Origin: an uncultured Actinomycetota bacterium
Lineage (GTDB): Bacteria; Actinomycetota; Humimicrobiia; Humimicrobiales; Humimicrobiaceae
DNA: 64,000 bases
Reading direction: 5' to 3'
NCBI GenBank assembly: GCA_964561115.1
Contig: CAZLOE010000004.1
Location: 70-64,069 of the forward strand
The notes beneath the pieces are model-generated. The model had not been told where the DNA came from and did no database searches. It worked only from the letters and a program-made list of their open reading frames with translations. Each line of letters starts with the position of its first letter. Positions within the stretch are counted from its first letter, which is position 1. Of the stretch, positions 18,201 to 27,969 are shown piece by piece. The translations under genes were made by a program, and so were the position numbers.

Positions 18201-19076
18201 ATGGATAATAATAATGGTGCTTTGGACATTGCTGGAGGCGATATATTCCAAAACTTTCTGGATAAATGGCTCAATATAGTAATTATAATAGCTGTACTTT
18301 TAGCATTGGTCATAGTGGTCATAATCGTAGCCAGAAGGATCAGACGGCTGGTAGAAAGAAGGATCAGCGACGATAAACAGATTATTAAGAAAAGGACTTT
18401 TACATTTATCAGTGTGGTCTCTAATCTAATAATTATAATTTCCGTAGTAGCTGCCCTGCTGATAATAGCCGATCAGGTCGGAATAAGTGTGACCCCCCTT
18501 CTTGCTGGTGCTGGGGTGGCAAGCATAGTAATTGGTTTTGGTGCACAGAGTCTCATTAAAGATTTGATAAACGGTATATTTATACTACTCGAACAATGGT
18601 ATCAGGTAAATGATATTATAACTATAGGAGATACAACAGGAACAGTTGAAAGATTTAACCTGAGGACTACGGTAATAAGAGATCTTGAGGGTACTCTTCA
18701 TTTTGTACCTAATGGTGAGATAAGTAAATTAAGCAATAGAACTCATACCTGGTCAAGAGCTCTGATACAGATCGGAGTCCATTACAAAGAAAATATAGAT
18801 AAAGTCATAAAGGTTCTGGAAGAAGTATTTGATGGATTAATATCCGATAAGAAATATAAAAAGTCTATTTTAGAAAGGCCCGAAATATTAGGTGAGGGCG
18901 GCGTAAGTGAACTTAGCGATTCAGCCGTAGTATTTACTATTATCTGCAAGGTAAAGCCCGGACAGCAGTGGACTATTGCCAGGCAGTTAAGAAAGAGGAT
19001 AAAAGAAAGATTTGACATGGAAGGTATAGAGATTCCCTACCCCTGTACCAATGTATATATGAGGGATAAAGGATAG
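18201..19076 (+). CDS. mechanosensitive ion channel (MscS family)
   Basis: TM helices followed by an MscS beta-domain pattern (TVERFNLRTTVIRDLEGTLHFVPNGEI). ATG at 18201, 10 nt after AGGAAGG. Confidence 0.65.
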   Translation: MDNNNGALDIAGGDIFQNFLDKWLNIVIIIAVLLALVIVVIIVARRIRRLVERRISDDKQIIKKRTFTFISVVSNLIIIISVVAALLIIADQVGISVTPLLAGAGVASIVIGFGAQSLIKDLINGIFILLEQWYQVNDIITIGDTTGTVERFNLRTTVIRDLEGTLHFVPNGEISKLSNRTHTWSRALIQIGVHYKENIDKVIKVLEEVFDGLISDKKYKKSILERPEILGEGGVSELSDSAVVFTIICKVKPGQQWTIARQLRKRIKERFDMEGIEIPYPCTNVYMRDKG

Positions 19077-19095
19077 GACTCATTTGAATTAGTTA

Positions 19096-19122
19096 TTGAT
19101 TATTGATTTCAAATGTTATAAT
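19096..19122 (+). promoter_or_regulatory. putative sigma-A promoter of the rpsF operon: -35 TTGATT, 15-nt spacer, extended -10 TGtTATAAT
   Basis: TTGATT at 19096-19101; TG at 19114-15; TATAAT at 19117-22. Confidence 0.5.
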
Positions 19123-19183
19123 ATCCCTAATGGTAATAATGGTGAAAAATCAGATTTAACCTTTTTTATCTTATTATCTTTCT

Positions 19184-19219
19184 GTTCTGCCTTAAGGCAG
19201 AACCTAATTTATAAATTAG
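19184..19219 (+). promoter_or_regulatory. rpsF 5'-leader structures: hairpin GTTCTGCC-TTAA-GGCAGAAC followed by the 16-nt palindrome CTAATTTATAAATTAG
   Basis: 8-bp perfect stem at 19184-19203 and a perfect palindrome at 19204-19219, about 20 nt upstream of the rpsF RBS. Confidence 0.45.
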
Positions 19220-19239
19220 TCCATAGGAGGATCTAAAGA

Positions 19240-19530
19240 TTGAAAAATTATGAGCTTGTTGTTATTTTTGACCCATCCCTTAAAGAAGAAGATATTGAAA
19301 AACAATTGTCCAAAATTACTTCACTGCTGGAAAAGGAAAAATGTAAAGTTTCCAATATTGACAAGTGGGGAAGCAGAAAATTAGCCTATCCTATTAAAAA
19401 ACAGGAGAACGGCTATTACGTCATAGTATATTTTAATGGTGACAGTAATGTCGTTAACGAGCTGGACAGGATAAATAAGATCAATGATAAAGTGCTGCGT
19501 CATCTGATTGTAAAAAGTGAAGAATCTTAA
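19240..19530 (+). CDS. rpsF: 30S ribosomal protein S6
   Basis: MKNYELVVIF...WGSRKLAYPIKK, typical S6; TTG start with AGGAGG SD. Confidence 0.9.
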   Translation: MKNYELVVIFDPSLKEEDIEKQLSKITSLLEKEKCKVSNIDKWGSRKLAYPIKKQENGYYVIVYFNGDSNVVNELDRINKINDKVLRHLIVKSEES

Positions 19531-19564
19531 GTGATAAAAATCAATAAGAAGAAGGTGAAGTGTC

Positions 19565-20017
19565 ATGGCATTCGGTGTTAATAATACGACTATTTTAGGA
19601 AATTTGACCAGGGACCCGGAACTGAGGTTTACTCCGAAGGGTACTCCGGTGGCAAGTTTTGGGATCGCAGTCAACAGAAATATAAAAAATAAAGATTCCG
19701 GTGAATGGGAAACGCAGGTAAATTTTTTTAATGTGACTGCCTGGTATAAACTTGCGGAAAATTGTGCGGAAAGCTTGAACAAGGGAGACAGAGTCCTGGT
19801 TTCCGGCAGACTTTCACAGGACAGCTGGGAAGATAAGGATGGTCAGAAAAGATCGGCAGTGAAGATAATTGCTGATGTCATAGCACCAAGCATGGAGTTT
19901 GCTTCCTGCAAGATAGAAAAAAATCCCAAAGCAGAAGGAGGAGTATCCGGCAGGAGCAATAATAAGGAAGCTGATATTGAAGAAGCTGATTTCAGTGACG
20001 AAGATATACCATTTTAA
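19565..20017 (+). CDS. ssb: single-stranded DNA-binding protein
   Basis: OB-fold SSB N-terminus (NNTTILGNLTRDPELRFTPKGTPVASF) and an acidic C-terminal tail DEDIPF. Confidence 0.9.
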   Translation: MAFGVNNTTILGNLTRDPELRFTPKGTPVASFGIAVNRNIKNKDSGEWETQVNFFNVTAWYKLAENCAESLNKGDRVLVSGRLSQDSWEDKDGQKRSAVKIIADVIAPSMEFASCKIEKNPKAEGGVSGRSNNKEADIEEADFSDEDIPF

Positions 20018-20059
20018 GTTTGATGTTATCTAATTTGAATATAGGAGGAGAGACTTTAA

Positions 20060-20341
20060 TTGGCTAGAAAAAATAAAAAAACAAGAGATGATAGAAATTC
20101 CAGAAGTGCAACTGGATCTATGCTCAATTTAAGGCAGAGAAAGAGATTTTGTTACTTCTGTAGAGCGAATATTGATACTATTGATTATAAAAATGCCAGT
20201 TTGCTTGAAAAATTTATTTCTGATAAAGGCAAGATAAGACCAAAGAGGTCTACAGGTAATTGTGTACAGCACCAAAAGAAGATAGCTATGGCTATTAAGA
20301 GGGCGAGAGTAATAGCTCTCATTCCTTATTTTAAAAGATAA
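20060..20341 (+). CDS. rpsR: 30S ribosomal protein S18
   Basis: Conserved CYFC...IDYKN...LLEKFISDKGKI..R.TG S18 motif. Confidence 0.9.
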   Translation: MARKNKKTRDDRNSRSATGSMLNLRQRKRFCYFCRANIDTIDYKNASLLEKFISDKGKIRPKRSTGNCVQHQKKIAMAIKRARVIALIPYFKR

Positions 20342-20362
20342 ATATAATCTTGGCAGTCTGAT

Positions 20363-21358
20363 ATGTCCTTTGATAATTTAAATAACACTAAAGCTAAAAA
20401 ATTAAATCTGGTAATACTTACCTTAATTACTACTATATCCCTGGTCTTTATTGCATACATGCCCTTTTTCGGGATTATTGGATTGGCATTGATACCAGTG
20501 CCGGCTACCCTTCTGGTTCTCCGCGGCAGGATAAGGGACGGTATAATCTGCGCAGTGATATCCTGTATCATACTGCTTTTACTGGATTATATACTTGCAC
20601 CGATCGCAATAATTTTAATAGTTGCGGTCTCCTTTATTTACCGGAGATTCATTGGTAAAAATAAAAGTAAAATATTTATAGTAACGAGCGTTTTCTTAGT
20701 ATTTTGTGGAGCAGTTTTACTATATGTTGTACTGGCATCCGCTGTCAGCAGGATTAATTTTATTGGTGAGATCTTAAAGAATTATAATGTTTATGTTGAT
20801 CAGATAGCAGATGATCGATTAGTTCTGGGTTATGCCGATTTATTGTCGATTGAACAGTCTCAGCTTGATTCTACAATTCAGCAGACCCATGATATCCTGA
20901 GGTTTTTCCCGTATGTCGTTCCTGGATTTTTAATAGCGTCATTTGTTATGGCAAGCGTGATAAATTATATAGCAAGCTCTAAAATGCTTAAAAAATACAA
21001 TGTTGATATAGAACCATTTTTGTCTTTTAAAGAGTGGGATCTTCCATGGTATTATTGTTGGGGAGCGATCATTGGACTGGTACTGGTGCTGATTCCTTCT
21101 ACCGGGAGTAATATTGATTTGATTATAGACATTGCGGGATTCAATCTGATAGTTGTATTTGGACTTCTGTACCTGGTTCTCGGAATTTCAGTGCTGTGGG
21201 GCATATTTGAGAGATTTAAAGTTTCGATTATATTAAGAATAATCATTCTTATAATCGTGGGTTTGTTCATTGGATTCACTATATTTATTCTGCCGTTTTT
21301 GGGGTTGATTGATATATGGGTAAATTTCAGGAAGCTAAAAAGAGAGCGATCGGTCTAA
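20363..21358 (+). CDS. YybS-like (DUF2232) polytopic membrane protein
   Basis: 331-aa multi-TM protein in the conserved position between rpsR and rplI. Confidence 0.5.
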   Translation: MSFDNLNNTKAKKLNLVILTLITTISLVFIAYMPFFGIIGLALIPVPATLLVLRGRIRDGIICAVISCIILLLLDYILAPIAIILIVAVSFIYRRFIGKNKSKIFIVTSVFLVFCGAVLLYVVLASAVSRINFIGEILKNYNVYVDQIADDRLVLGYADLLSIEQSQLDSTIQQTHDILRFFPYVVPGFLIASFVMASVINYIASSKMLKKYNVDIEPFLSFKEWDLPWYYCWGAIIGLVLVLIPSTGSNIDLIIDIAGFNLIVVFGLLYLVLGISVLWGIFERFKVSIILRIIILIIVGLFIGFTIFILPFLGLIDIWVNFRKLKRERSV

Positions 21359-21385
21359 TCTTGAATCATAGAATAGGAGGAAGAT

Positions 21386-22024
21386 TTGAAAGTCATACTT
21401 ACAAAATATCATGAAAAACTGGGAGATGTCGGAGATATAGTAGAGGTAAAATCCGGCTATGCTAATAATTATTTAATACCAAATGGGATCGTAAAGCCTG
21501 CAACCAGGGGTAATATAAATCAGATGAAGATTGTAAAACAGGCTGCTTTAAAGGTGGAATCCAGGAATATAGCAGAAGCAGAGAAGTTAGCCAAAAAGCT
21601 GGGAGATCTACAGATTACTTTTGTGGTAAAAACAGGAAAAGAAGGGAAACTTTACGGTTCTATAACCAATAAAGATATTGCTGAAAAGATTTTTGAAGAA
21701 AAAAACATAGAAATAGACAAAAAGAAAATTGAACTGCAGGAGCACATAAAAGAATTGGGTGAATATAACACAGAATTAAGATTGTATAAGGAAATCAAGA
21801 GTCCTTTAAAAATAATAGTCGAGCCTGATGAGGAATCAAAAGAATTAATTGAAGCTTACGAGGCAGATAAGGGAAAGGCTGCGGCTGAAAAAAAGGAAGA
21901 AAAGAAAATAGAAGAAGAAGAAAAACCTGAAGAGGATAAAGCTGAGGCCAAGGATAAAAAGGGTTCCCCTAAAAAAGAAAAAGAAGAAGAGAAAGAAACC
22001 AGGAAAAATCTTAAGAAGAAATAA
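21386..22024 (+). CDS. rplI: 50S ribosomal protein L9 with ~60-aa Lys/Glu-rich C-terminal extension
   Basis: MKVILTK...VKSGYANNYLIPNG L9 N-domain; the C-terminal 60 aa are low-complexity KE-rich. Confidence 0.85.
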   Translation: MKVILTKYHEKLGDVGDIVEVKSGYANNYLIPNGIVKPATRGNINQMKIVKQAALKVESRNIAEAEKLAKKLGDLQITFVVKTGKEGKLYGSITNKDIAEKIFEEKNIEIDKKKIELQEHIKELGEYNTELRLYKEIKSPLKIIVEPDEESKELIEAYEADKGKAAAEKKEEKKIEEEEKPEEDKAEAKDKKGSPKKEKEEEKETRKNLKKK

Positions 22025-22027
22025 TCT

Positions 22028-23437
22028 ATGAAAGAACAAATTAAAAGAGAAGGGAAGCTCTCTCCGCTGGATACCAGTAAACTTGAACGGATACCCCCAT
22101 ATAATATAGAAGCTGAGGAATCCCTACTCGGATCTATGCTAATTTCAAGAGATGCTATTGTATCGGTAATGGAGATTGTAGATGAAGGGGATTTTTACCG
22201 AAAATCCAATCAGGAAATTTTTAATACTATAATGGAATTATATATAAAGGGTGAACCTGCTGATCCAATAACCATAGCAGATAATCTCAAAAAGAAAGGT
22301 CTGCTGGATGAAGTAGGTGGAAAAACCTATATCCACTCTCTTATAAGCAATGTCCCGCTTGCTTCCAATGCGGAATATTATGCTCAGATTGTAAGAAGTA
22401 ATTCTATTTTAAGGAAATTGATCTATGCTGCTACTAAAATAGCGACTATGGGTTACGAAGTTCCTGAAGACCTGAGTTCAACTGTAGACAGGGCACAGCA
22501 GCTGATATTTGAAGTATATAAGGATCTTAGCGGTGGGAGTGAAAAGGCTAAAGTCGCAGTTATGAAAAACGTAGTCACCGAAGCCTATGAATTGATAGAG
22601 GCTCTGCATGAAGCCAAGTCTGATATATCGGGAGTACCATCGGGATATATAGATTATGATCAGATGACTTCGGGTTTCCAGAATTCAGACCTGATTGTAA
22701 TAGCAGCAAGGCCGGGAATGGGGAAGACTTCATTTGTCCTGGGCATGGCCAGGAATGTAGCAATGTTAGAAAAAATCCCGGTAGCTATTTTTTCACTTGA
22801 GATGTCAAAGCAACAGGTGGCACAGAGATTGATGAGTGCGGAAGCAAAAATAAATCTGCACAGTCTTAGAAAAGGTAAGATAAAAGAAAGCCAGTGGAGC
22901 CAACTGGCCAGAGCGGTGGAAAGATTATCCGAATGCAAAATATATATAGACGATACTGCTTTTTTAACGGTTATGGATCTAAGAGCCAGAGCCCGTATGA
23001 TGGTCAGCGTCAATAATGTCAAATTAATAATTGTGGATTATCTGCAGCTAATGCAGTCTACAACTAACTACAGGGGAAACAAGGTACTGGAAATAACAGA
23101 AATATCACAGAACCTAAAAGGCATCGCTAAGGAATTAAATGTTCCGGTGGTGGCAGTATCCCAGCTTTCAAGAGAAGTGGAAAAAAGGGATAAGAAAAGG
23201 CCTATCTTAGCCGATCTCAGGGAATCAGGTTCTATTGAGCAGGACGCAGATCTGGTTACGTTTATTTATAGGGATGATTATTACGAAGAAGATGAAACCA
23301 AGCATACAGGGAAAGCTGAAATAAGAATATCCAAGCACAGAAACGGACCTATAGGCAAAGTAGGGATGTACTTCAATAAGGAATATGCCTTGTTTTCTAA
23401 TTTAAGTAAATCCTTTCAGGTTGAAGATAAGGAGTGA
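22028..23437 (+). CDS. dnaB: replicative DNA helicase
   Basis: DnaB N-domain (PPYNIEAEESLLGSML), Walker A ARPGMGKTSF, RecA-like C-domain. Confidence 0.9.
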   Translation: MKEQIKREGKLSPLDTSKLERIPPYNIEAEESLLGSMLISRDAIVSVMEIVDEGDFYRKSNQEIFNTIMELYIKGEPADPITIADNLKKKGLLDEVGGKTYIHSLISNVPLASNAEYYAQIVRSNSILRKLIYAATKIATMGYEVPEDLSSTVDRAQQLIFEVYKDLSGGSEKAKVAVMKNVVTEAYELIEALHEAKSDISGVPSGYIDYDQMTSGFQNSDLIVIAARPGMGKTSFVLGMARNVAMLEKIPVAIFSLEMSKQQVAQRLMSAEAKINLHSLRKGKIKESQWSQLARAVERLSECKIYIDDTAFLTVMDLRARARMMVSVNNVKLIIVDYLQLMQSTTNYRGNKVLEITEISQNLKGIAKELNVPVVAVSQLSREVEKRDKKRPILADLRESGSIEQDADLVTFIYRDDYYEEDETKHTGKAEIRISKHRNGPIGKVGMYFNKEYALFSNLSKSFQVEDKE

Positions 23438-23442
23438 TCTAA

Positions 23443-24771
23443 ATGCCCGGTTTAGCTATAATCGGTTGCCAGTGGGGCGATGAAGGAAAAGGGAGAGTAG
23501 TCGATCTGCTTTCAAACAAGGTTGATATGGTGGTCAGATTTCAGGGTGGAGACAATGCCGGACATACGGTAGTTAAGGGAAATGATGAATTTAAACTGCA
23601 TCTGATCCCGTCGGGGATCTTATACCCGGAGGTTATTTGTGTTATTGGGAATGGAGTGGTTTTAAATCCCGAAGTCCTGATAGAAGAACTGGATGACCTT
23701 GAGAGCAAGGGAATAAACACAGACAATTTAAGAATAAGCTCTAATGCGCATCTGGTCATGCCTTACCATATAATTCTGGATAAGGCAGGAGAACACAGGC
23801 TGGGTAAATCAAAAATCGGCACCACACACAAGGGTATTGGACCTGTATATGCAGATAAAGCTCTGAGGATGGGAATAAGGACACAGGACCTTAAGGATTT
23901 AAAGATATTTAAAACCAAACTTGAAGAATCTTTAAAACTGAATAATAAGATTATAAAAAGAATTTATGGACTGGACCCCCTTGATATGGATGAGGTTTTT
24001 GATAAATACAGACAGTATGGAAAGAGAATAAGCAGATATATAATCGATACTACTTCTTTAGTCAGTGAGGCTCTTGATAATAATAAAAAAGTAATGTTTG
24101 AAGGTGCACAGGGTACCATGCTGGATATCGATCACGGTACATACCCTTACGTGACCTCTTCTTCAACTATTGCCGGCGGTGTATGCGTGGGGGCTGGAAT
24201 AGGTCCCAGCAGATTGGATGAAATACTCGGCGTGGTAAAAGCTTATACTACCAGGGTTGGTTCCGGCCCATTTCCAACTGAAGACATCAGCAAGATCGGG
24301 GATTACCTGCGGGAAAAAGGATATGAATATGGGACTACCACCGGGAGGCCCAGAAGATGCGGGTGGCTGGATGCAGTTATATTAAAATATTCCATAATGA
24401 TAAACTCCATAGATAGTATTGCTTTGACTAAGCTGGATATATTAAGCGGCCTTAAAAAGGTTAAAATCTGCACCGGTTATAAATACGATGGGAAAGTTTA
24501 TGATCATATGCCCTGTCATCAGACTGTCCTGCATAAGTGCACTCCTGTATATGAAGAATACCAGGGATGGAGTGAGGACATAAGCGGGATAAAGAACTTT
24601 GAAGATCTCCCCAGACAGGCGCGTAATTATATAAAAAATATTGAGAAGATTGCAAAAGTAGCTGTTTCAATGGTAAGTGTAGGTGCTGAAAGAAGTAAGA
24701 TCATCATGAGGGACCATAATATAGAAAGCAGATTATTTGATCAGAATAAAAGATCGACACTTATTATTTAA
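23443..24771 (+). CDS. purA: adenylosuccinate synthetase
   Basis: P-loop QWGDEGKGRVVD and GIGP motifs. Confidence 0.9.
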   Translation: MPGLAIIGCQWGDEGKGRVVDLLSNKVDMVVRFQGGDNAGHTVVKGNDEFKLHLIPSGILYPEVICVIGNGVVLNPEVLIEELDDLESKGINTDNLRISSNAHLVMPYHIILDKAGEHRLGKSKIGTTHKGIGPVYADKALRMGIRTQDLKDLKIFKTKLEESLKLNNKIIKRIYGLDPLDMDEVFDKYRQYGKRISRYIIDTTSLVSEALDNNKKVMFEGAQGTMLDIDHGTYPYVTSSSTIAGGVCVGAGIGPSRLDEILGVVKAYTTRVGSGPFPTEDISKIGDYLREKGYEYGTTTGRPRRCGWLDAVILKYSIMINSIDSIALTKLDILSGLKKVKICTGYKYDGKVYDHMPCHQTVLHKCTPVYEEYQGWSEDISGIKNFEDLPRQARNYIKNIEKIAKVAVSMVSVGAERSKIIMRDHNIESRLFDQNKRSTLII

Positions 24772-24792
24772 AAAATCAGGCAAAGGAGTAAA

Positions 24793-26082
24793 TTGAATAT
24801 CCTGGTAATAGGCGGTGGGGGAAGGGAACACTGTCTGGTATGGAAAATCTCAAAGAGCCCTCTGGTAGAGAAGATTTATGCAGCTCCGGGTAATGCAGGA
24901 ATTTCAGAGATTGCTGAATGCATTGACATAGATATCTCAAAAAAGAACTTTGATAATCTTTTGAATCTGGTAGAGAAGAAAGAAATAGGGCTGACCATAG
25001 TTGGTCCGGAAGCACCACTGGTGGAGGGAATAGTTGATTATTTCAAGTTGAGAGGCCATAAAATCTTCGGTCCCAGCGGAAATGCTGCTGCTATGGAAGG
25101 AAGCAAGGTCTTTGCCAAAGAATTACTTCAGAAATATGATATCCCCAGTGCTGATGGTATTATTTTTAAAAAAGAAGATCATGATAAGGCAGTAGAATAT
25201 ATTGATAATAGAAAAACTTTTCCCATAGTTATAAAGGCTGATGGTCTTGCAGCAGGGAAAGGCGTGGTAATAGTAGATAATAAAATGCAGGCAGTAGAAG
25301 CGGTAAAAGATTGTTTTTCAAGAGGTAAGTTTGGAAGCTCGGGGGACAGGATAATAATAGAAGAGTTTTTAGATGGATATGAAGTATCGGTACTGTGCCT
25401 GTGTGACGGCCACAAGATTGTTCCGATGGCTCCGGCTCAGGATTATAAAAGGATCTTTGATGACGACAGGGGGAAAAATACCGGCGGTATGGGAAGTTAT
25501 AGTCCTGTACCCATGGTCGATGAGAATACTTACCAGCAGATTTTATCAAAAATAATTTTTCCTACTGGAGCTGCAATGGTAAAAGAAAATATTGAGTATA
25601 AGGGAATTCTATACGCGGGAATACTGGTTAGCAAGGGGGAGCCTTATCTGCTTGAATATAACTGCAGGTTCGGAGATCCTGAGACTCAAGTAGTGCTTCC
25701 AAGACTGAAAGAAGATCTAGTGCCGTTACTTTTAGAATGTATAGACGGCAGTCTTACTGAAAAAAAACTTAAATGGGATAAAAATAAATGTATTTGTGTT
25801 GTGGCTGCATCAAAAGGGTATCCGGAAAGTTCTTCAAGAGGAGATATAATCAAGGGACTGGATTATTTTAAGGGAAGCGATGATATAATTGTCTTCCATG
25901 CGGGTACTAAAATAGAAGAAGGGAATGTGGTTACCAACGGGGGCAGAGTTTTGGGAATAGTCTCCAAAGCTTCGACTTTCAGAGAAGTAAGAAAAAAAGT
26001 CTATAAAGCATTAGGAAAAATCAAGTTCAGAGGTATTCAGTACAGAAAAGATATTGCATTTAAAGCAGAAAGGGGTTACTGA
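24793..26082 (+). CDS. purD: phosphoribosylamine--glycine ligase
   Basis: [14 protein letters not shown]-terminus and ATP-grasp domain; TTG start. Confidence 0.85.
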   Translation: MNILVIGGGGREHCLVWKISKSPLVEKIYAAPGNAGISEIAECIDIDISKKNFDNLLNLVEKKEIGLTIVGPEAPLVEGIVDYFKLRGHKIFGPSGNAAAMEGSKVFAKELLQKYDIPSADGIIFKKEDHDKAVEYIDNRKTFPIVIKADGLAAGKGVVIVDNKMQAVEAVKDCFSRGKFGSSGDRIIIEEFLDGYEVSVLCLCDGHKIVPMAPAQDYKRIFDDDRGKNTGGMGSYSPVPMVDENTYQQILSKIIFPTGAAMVKENIEYKGILYAGILVSKGEPYLLEYNCRFGDPETQVVLPRLKEDLVPLLLECIDGSLTEKKLKWDKNKCICVVAASKGYPESSSRGDIIKGLDYFKGSDDIIVFHAGTKIEEGNVVTNGGRVLGIVSKASTFREVRKKVYKALGKIKFRGIQYRKDIAFKAERGY

Positions 26083-26543
26083 TGGCAGTTAAAATTAAAA
26101 GAGTAGCTATAGTAATGGGAAGTGTTGCCGATGAGCCGGTCATGAAGAAAGCATCGGATATTTTAAAGGAATTTGGAGTAGGTTATGAGAAAAAGGTACT
26201 CTCGGCGCATAGAATGCCTAACAAGACCAGAGAGTTTGCAAAAAATATAAAGGAGAAAGGAATAGAAGTAGTAATTGCAGGGGCAGGGAAAGCAGCACAT
26301 CTTCCGGGTATAATTGCTTCATATACCAATATTCCTGTAATAGGTGTACCTGTTAAGGCTTCTGAGCTGGGAGGACTGGACTCTTTATTATCTATAGTAC
26401 AAATGCCTTCGGGAGTTCCTGTTGCCTGCATGGCCATTAATGGTGCAAAAAATGCAGCACTTCTGGCAATCCAGATACTTGCTTTAAAGTATAACGATCT
26501 GGCGGAGAAAATAGAGAATTATAAGGCAAAATTAGAGTACTGA
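26082..26543 (+). CDS. purE: 5-(carboxyamino)imidazole ribonucleotide mutase
   Basis: PurE motifs ([23 protein letters not shown]). Confidence 0.85.
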   Translation: MAVKIKRVAIVMGSVADEPVMKKASDILKEFGVGYEKKVLSAHRMPNKTREFAKNIKEKGIEVVIAGAGKAAHLPGIIASYTNIPVIGVPVKASELGGLDSLLSIVQMPSGVPVACMAINGAKNAALLAIQILALKYNDLAEKIENYKAKLEY

Positions 26544-26562
26544 TAATGCGAGCTGAAAATCG

Positions 26563-27345
26563 ATGGCTGACGATAAAATAAAAATAAAGGTAAAGGATCT
26601 GGGTTTTTATTACGGCAAATCAAAAGTATTGGCGGATATTAGTATGGACATCCAAAAGAATAACATAACCGCGATAATTGGACCGTCCGGGTGCGGAAAA
26701 TCCACACTCCTCAGGACTTTCAATAGAATGAACGAGCTGATTCCCAACACCAGGGTGGAAGGTGAGATAATAATGGATGGAGTTGATATATATAAGGATA
26801 ATATAGATGTTGTTAATCTGCGTAAGAGGGTCGGAATGGTATTTCAGAGGCCTAATCCTTTCCCCAAAACAGTCTATGAAAATGTTGTTTATGGACCCAG
26901 GCTTCATAAAAAGTACACCAGACAGCAGCTGGATGAACTTGTTGAAAGAAGCCTTAAGAAAGCAGCCCTATGGGATGAAGTCAAGAATAAACTTAATACC
27001 AATGCAATGGATCTGTCAGGTGGGCAACAGCAGAGGTTATGCATTGCCAGAGTTCTTGCCGTAAACTCGGAAATAATACTTATGGATGAGCCTGCTTCAG
27101 CTCTGGATCCGATATCAACCCAGAAGATAGAGGATCTGATGGATGAGCTGAAGGAAAACTATACCATAGTAATAGTAACTCATAATATGCAGCAGGCTGC
27201 AAGAGTGTCGCAAAAGGCAGCTTTCCTTTTAACTGAAAAAACTGATGAACCTGCTACATTGATTGAATATGATGATACCAATAAGATCTTTACCAACCCC
27301 GGAGATAAGAGAACAGAAGATTACATAACAGGCAGATTCGGTTAA
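26563..27345 (+). CDS. pstB: phosphate ABC transporter ATP-binding protein PstB-like
   Basis: PstB-type N-terminus ([10 protein letters not shown]...[27 protein letters not shown]), [13 protein letters not shown], Walker [12 protein letters not shown]. Confidence 0.75.
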   Translation: MADDKIKIKVKDLGFYYGKSKVLADISMDIQKNNITAIIGPSGCGKSTLLRTFNRMNELIPNTRVEGEIIMDGVDIYKDNIDVVNLRKRVGMVFQRPNPFPKTVYENVVYGPRLHKKYTRQQLDELVERSLKKAALWDEVKNKLNTNAMDLSGGQQQRLCIARVLAVNSEIILMDEPASALDPISTQKIEDLMDELKENYTIVIVTHNMQQAARVSQKAAFLLTEKTDEPATLIEYDDTNKIFTNPGDKRTEDYITGRFG

Positions 27346-27359
27346 TCAGATATTTATTT

Positions 27360-27388
27360 TTGACATCTTATATATCATACAATATAAT
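27360..27388 (+). promoter_or_regulatory. consensus sigma-A promoter upstream of greA: TTGACA-17 nt-TATAAT
   Basis: TTGACA 27360-65, 17-nt spacer, TATAAT 27383-88, about 90 nt upstream of greA. Confidence 0.6.
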
Positions 27389-27481
27389 ACCTCAATTAAA
27401 TAACTACATTTAAATTTTCAAGTATTATATAGCGATATAAGGATTATAAGTAAGAATACGTGGATTGAGGGAGAAATGTTT

Positions 27482-27949
27482 ATGAAAGAATATTGTCTTA
27501 CTAAAGAAGGTTATGAAGAATTACTTAAAGAAAGAGAAGACCTTATAAATAATAAGCGGAAAGAAATTGCCGAAAGACTGAAGGATGCTAAAAAATCAGG
27601 AGGAGATCTGGCTGAAAATTCTGAATATGAATATGCCAAGAACGAGCAAGCTTTCACAGAAGGTAGAATAGAACAGATAAGTGAGATCTTAAATAATCAT
27701 ATAATTATAAAGAAGGATAATAATAAAGGGTCGGTCAACCTTGGAACGGTTGTAGTAGTAAGAGATATCAATAAGAAAAGAGAAAAGGAATTTACAATTG
27801 TAAGTTCAATTGAGTCTGACCCGGAAAAAAATAAAATTTCGGATGAATCTCCAATGGGTAGAGCGCTACTGGGTATGAAGATTGGAGATGAGGTACTGGT
27901 CAAGACACCCAATGAAAACAAAAGATTAAAGATATTAAGAATCAGATAA
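27482..27949 (+). CDS. greA: transcription elongation factor GreA
   Basis: MKEYCLTKEGYEEL...EYEYAKNEQ coiled-coil N-domain plus FKBP-like C-domain. ATG 27482 has better SD spacing than 27476. Confidence 0.85.
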   Translation: MKEYCLTKEGYEELLKEREDLINNKRKEIAERLKDAKKSGGDLAENSEYEYAKNEQAFTEGRIEQISEILNNHIIIKKDNNKGSVNLGTVVVVRDINKKREKEFTIVSSIESDPEKNKISDESPMGRALLGMKIGDEVLVKTPNENKRLKILRIR

Positions 27950-27969
27950 ACAGATTTAATCTTTAGAGT

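Noticed and set aside
21845-22039. 64-aa minus-strand ORF of poly-Phe/Leu
   Set aside because: It is the reverse-complement shadow of the Lys/Glu-rich (AAA/GAA-rich) tail of rplI.
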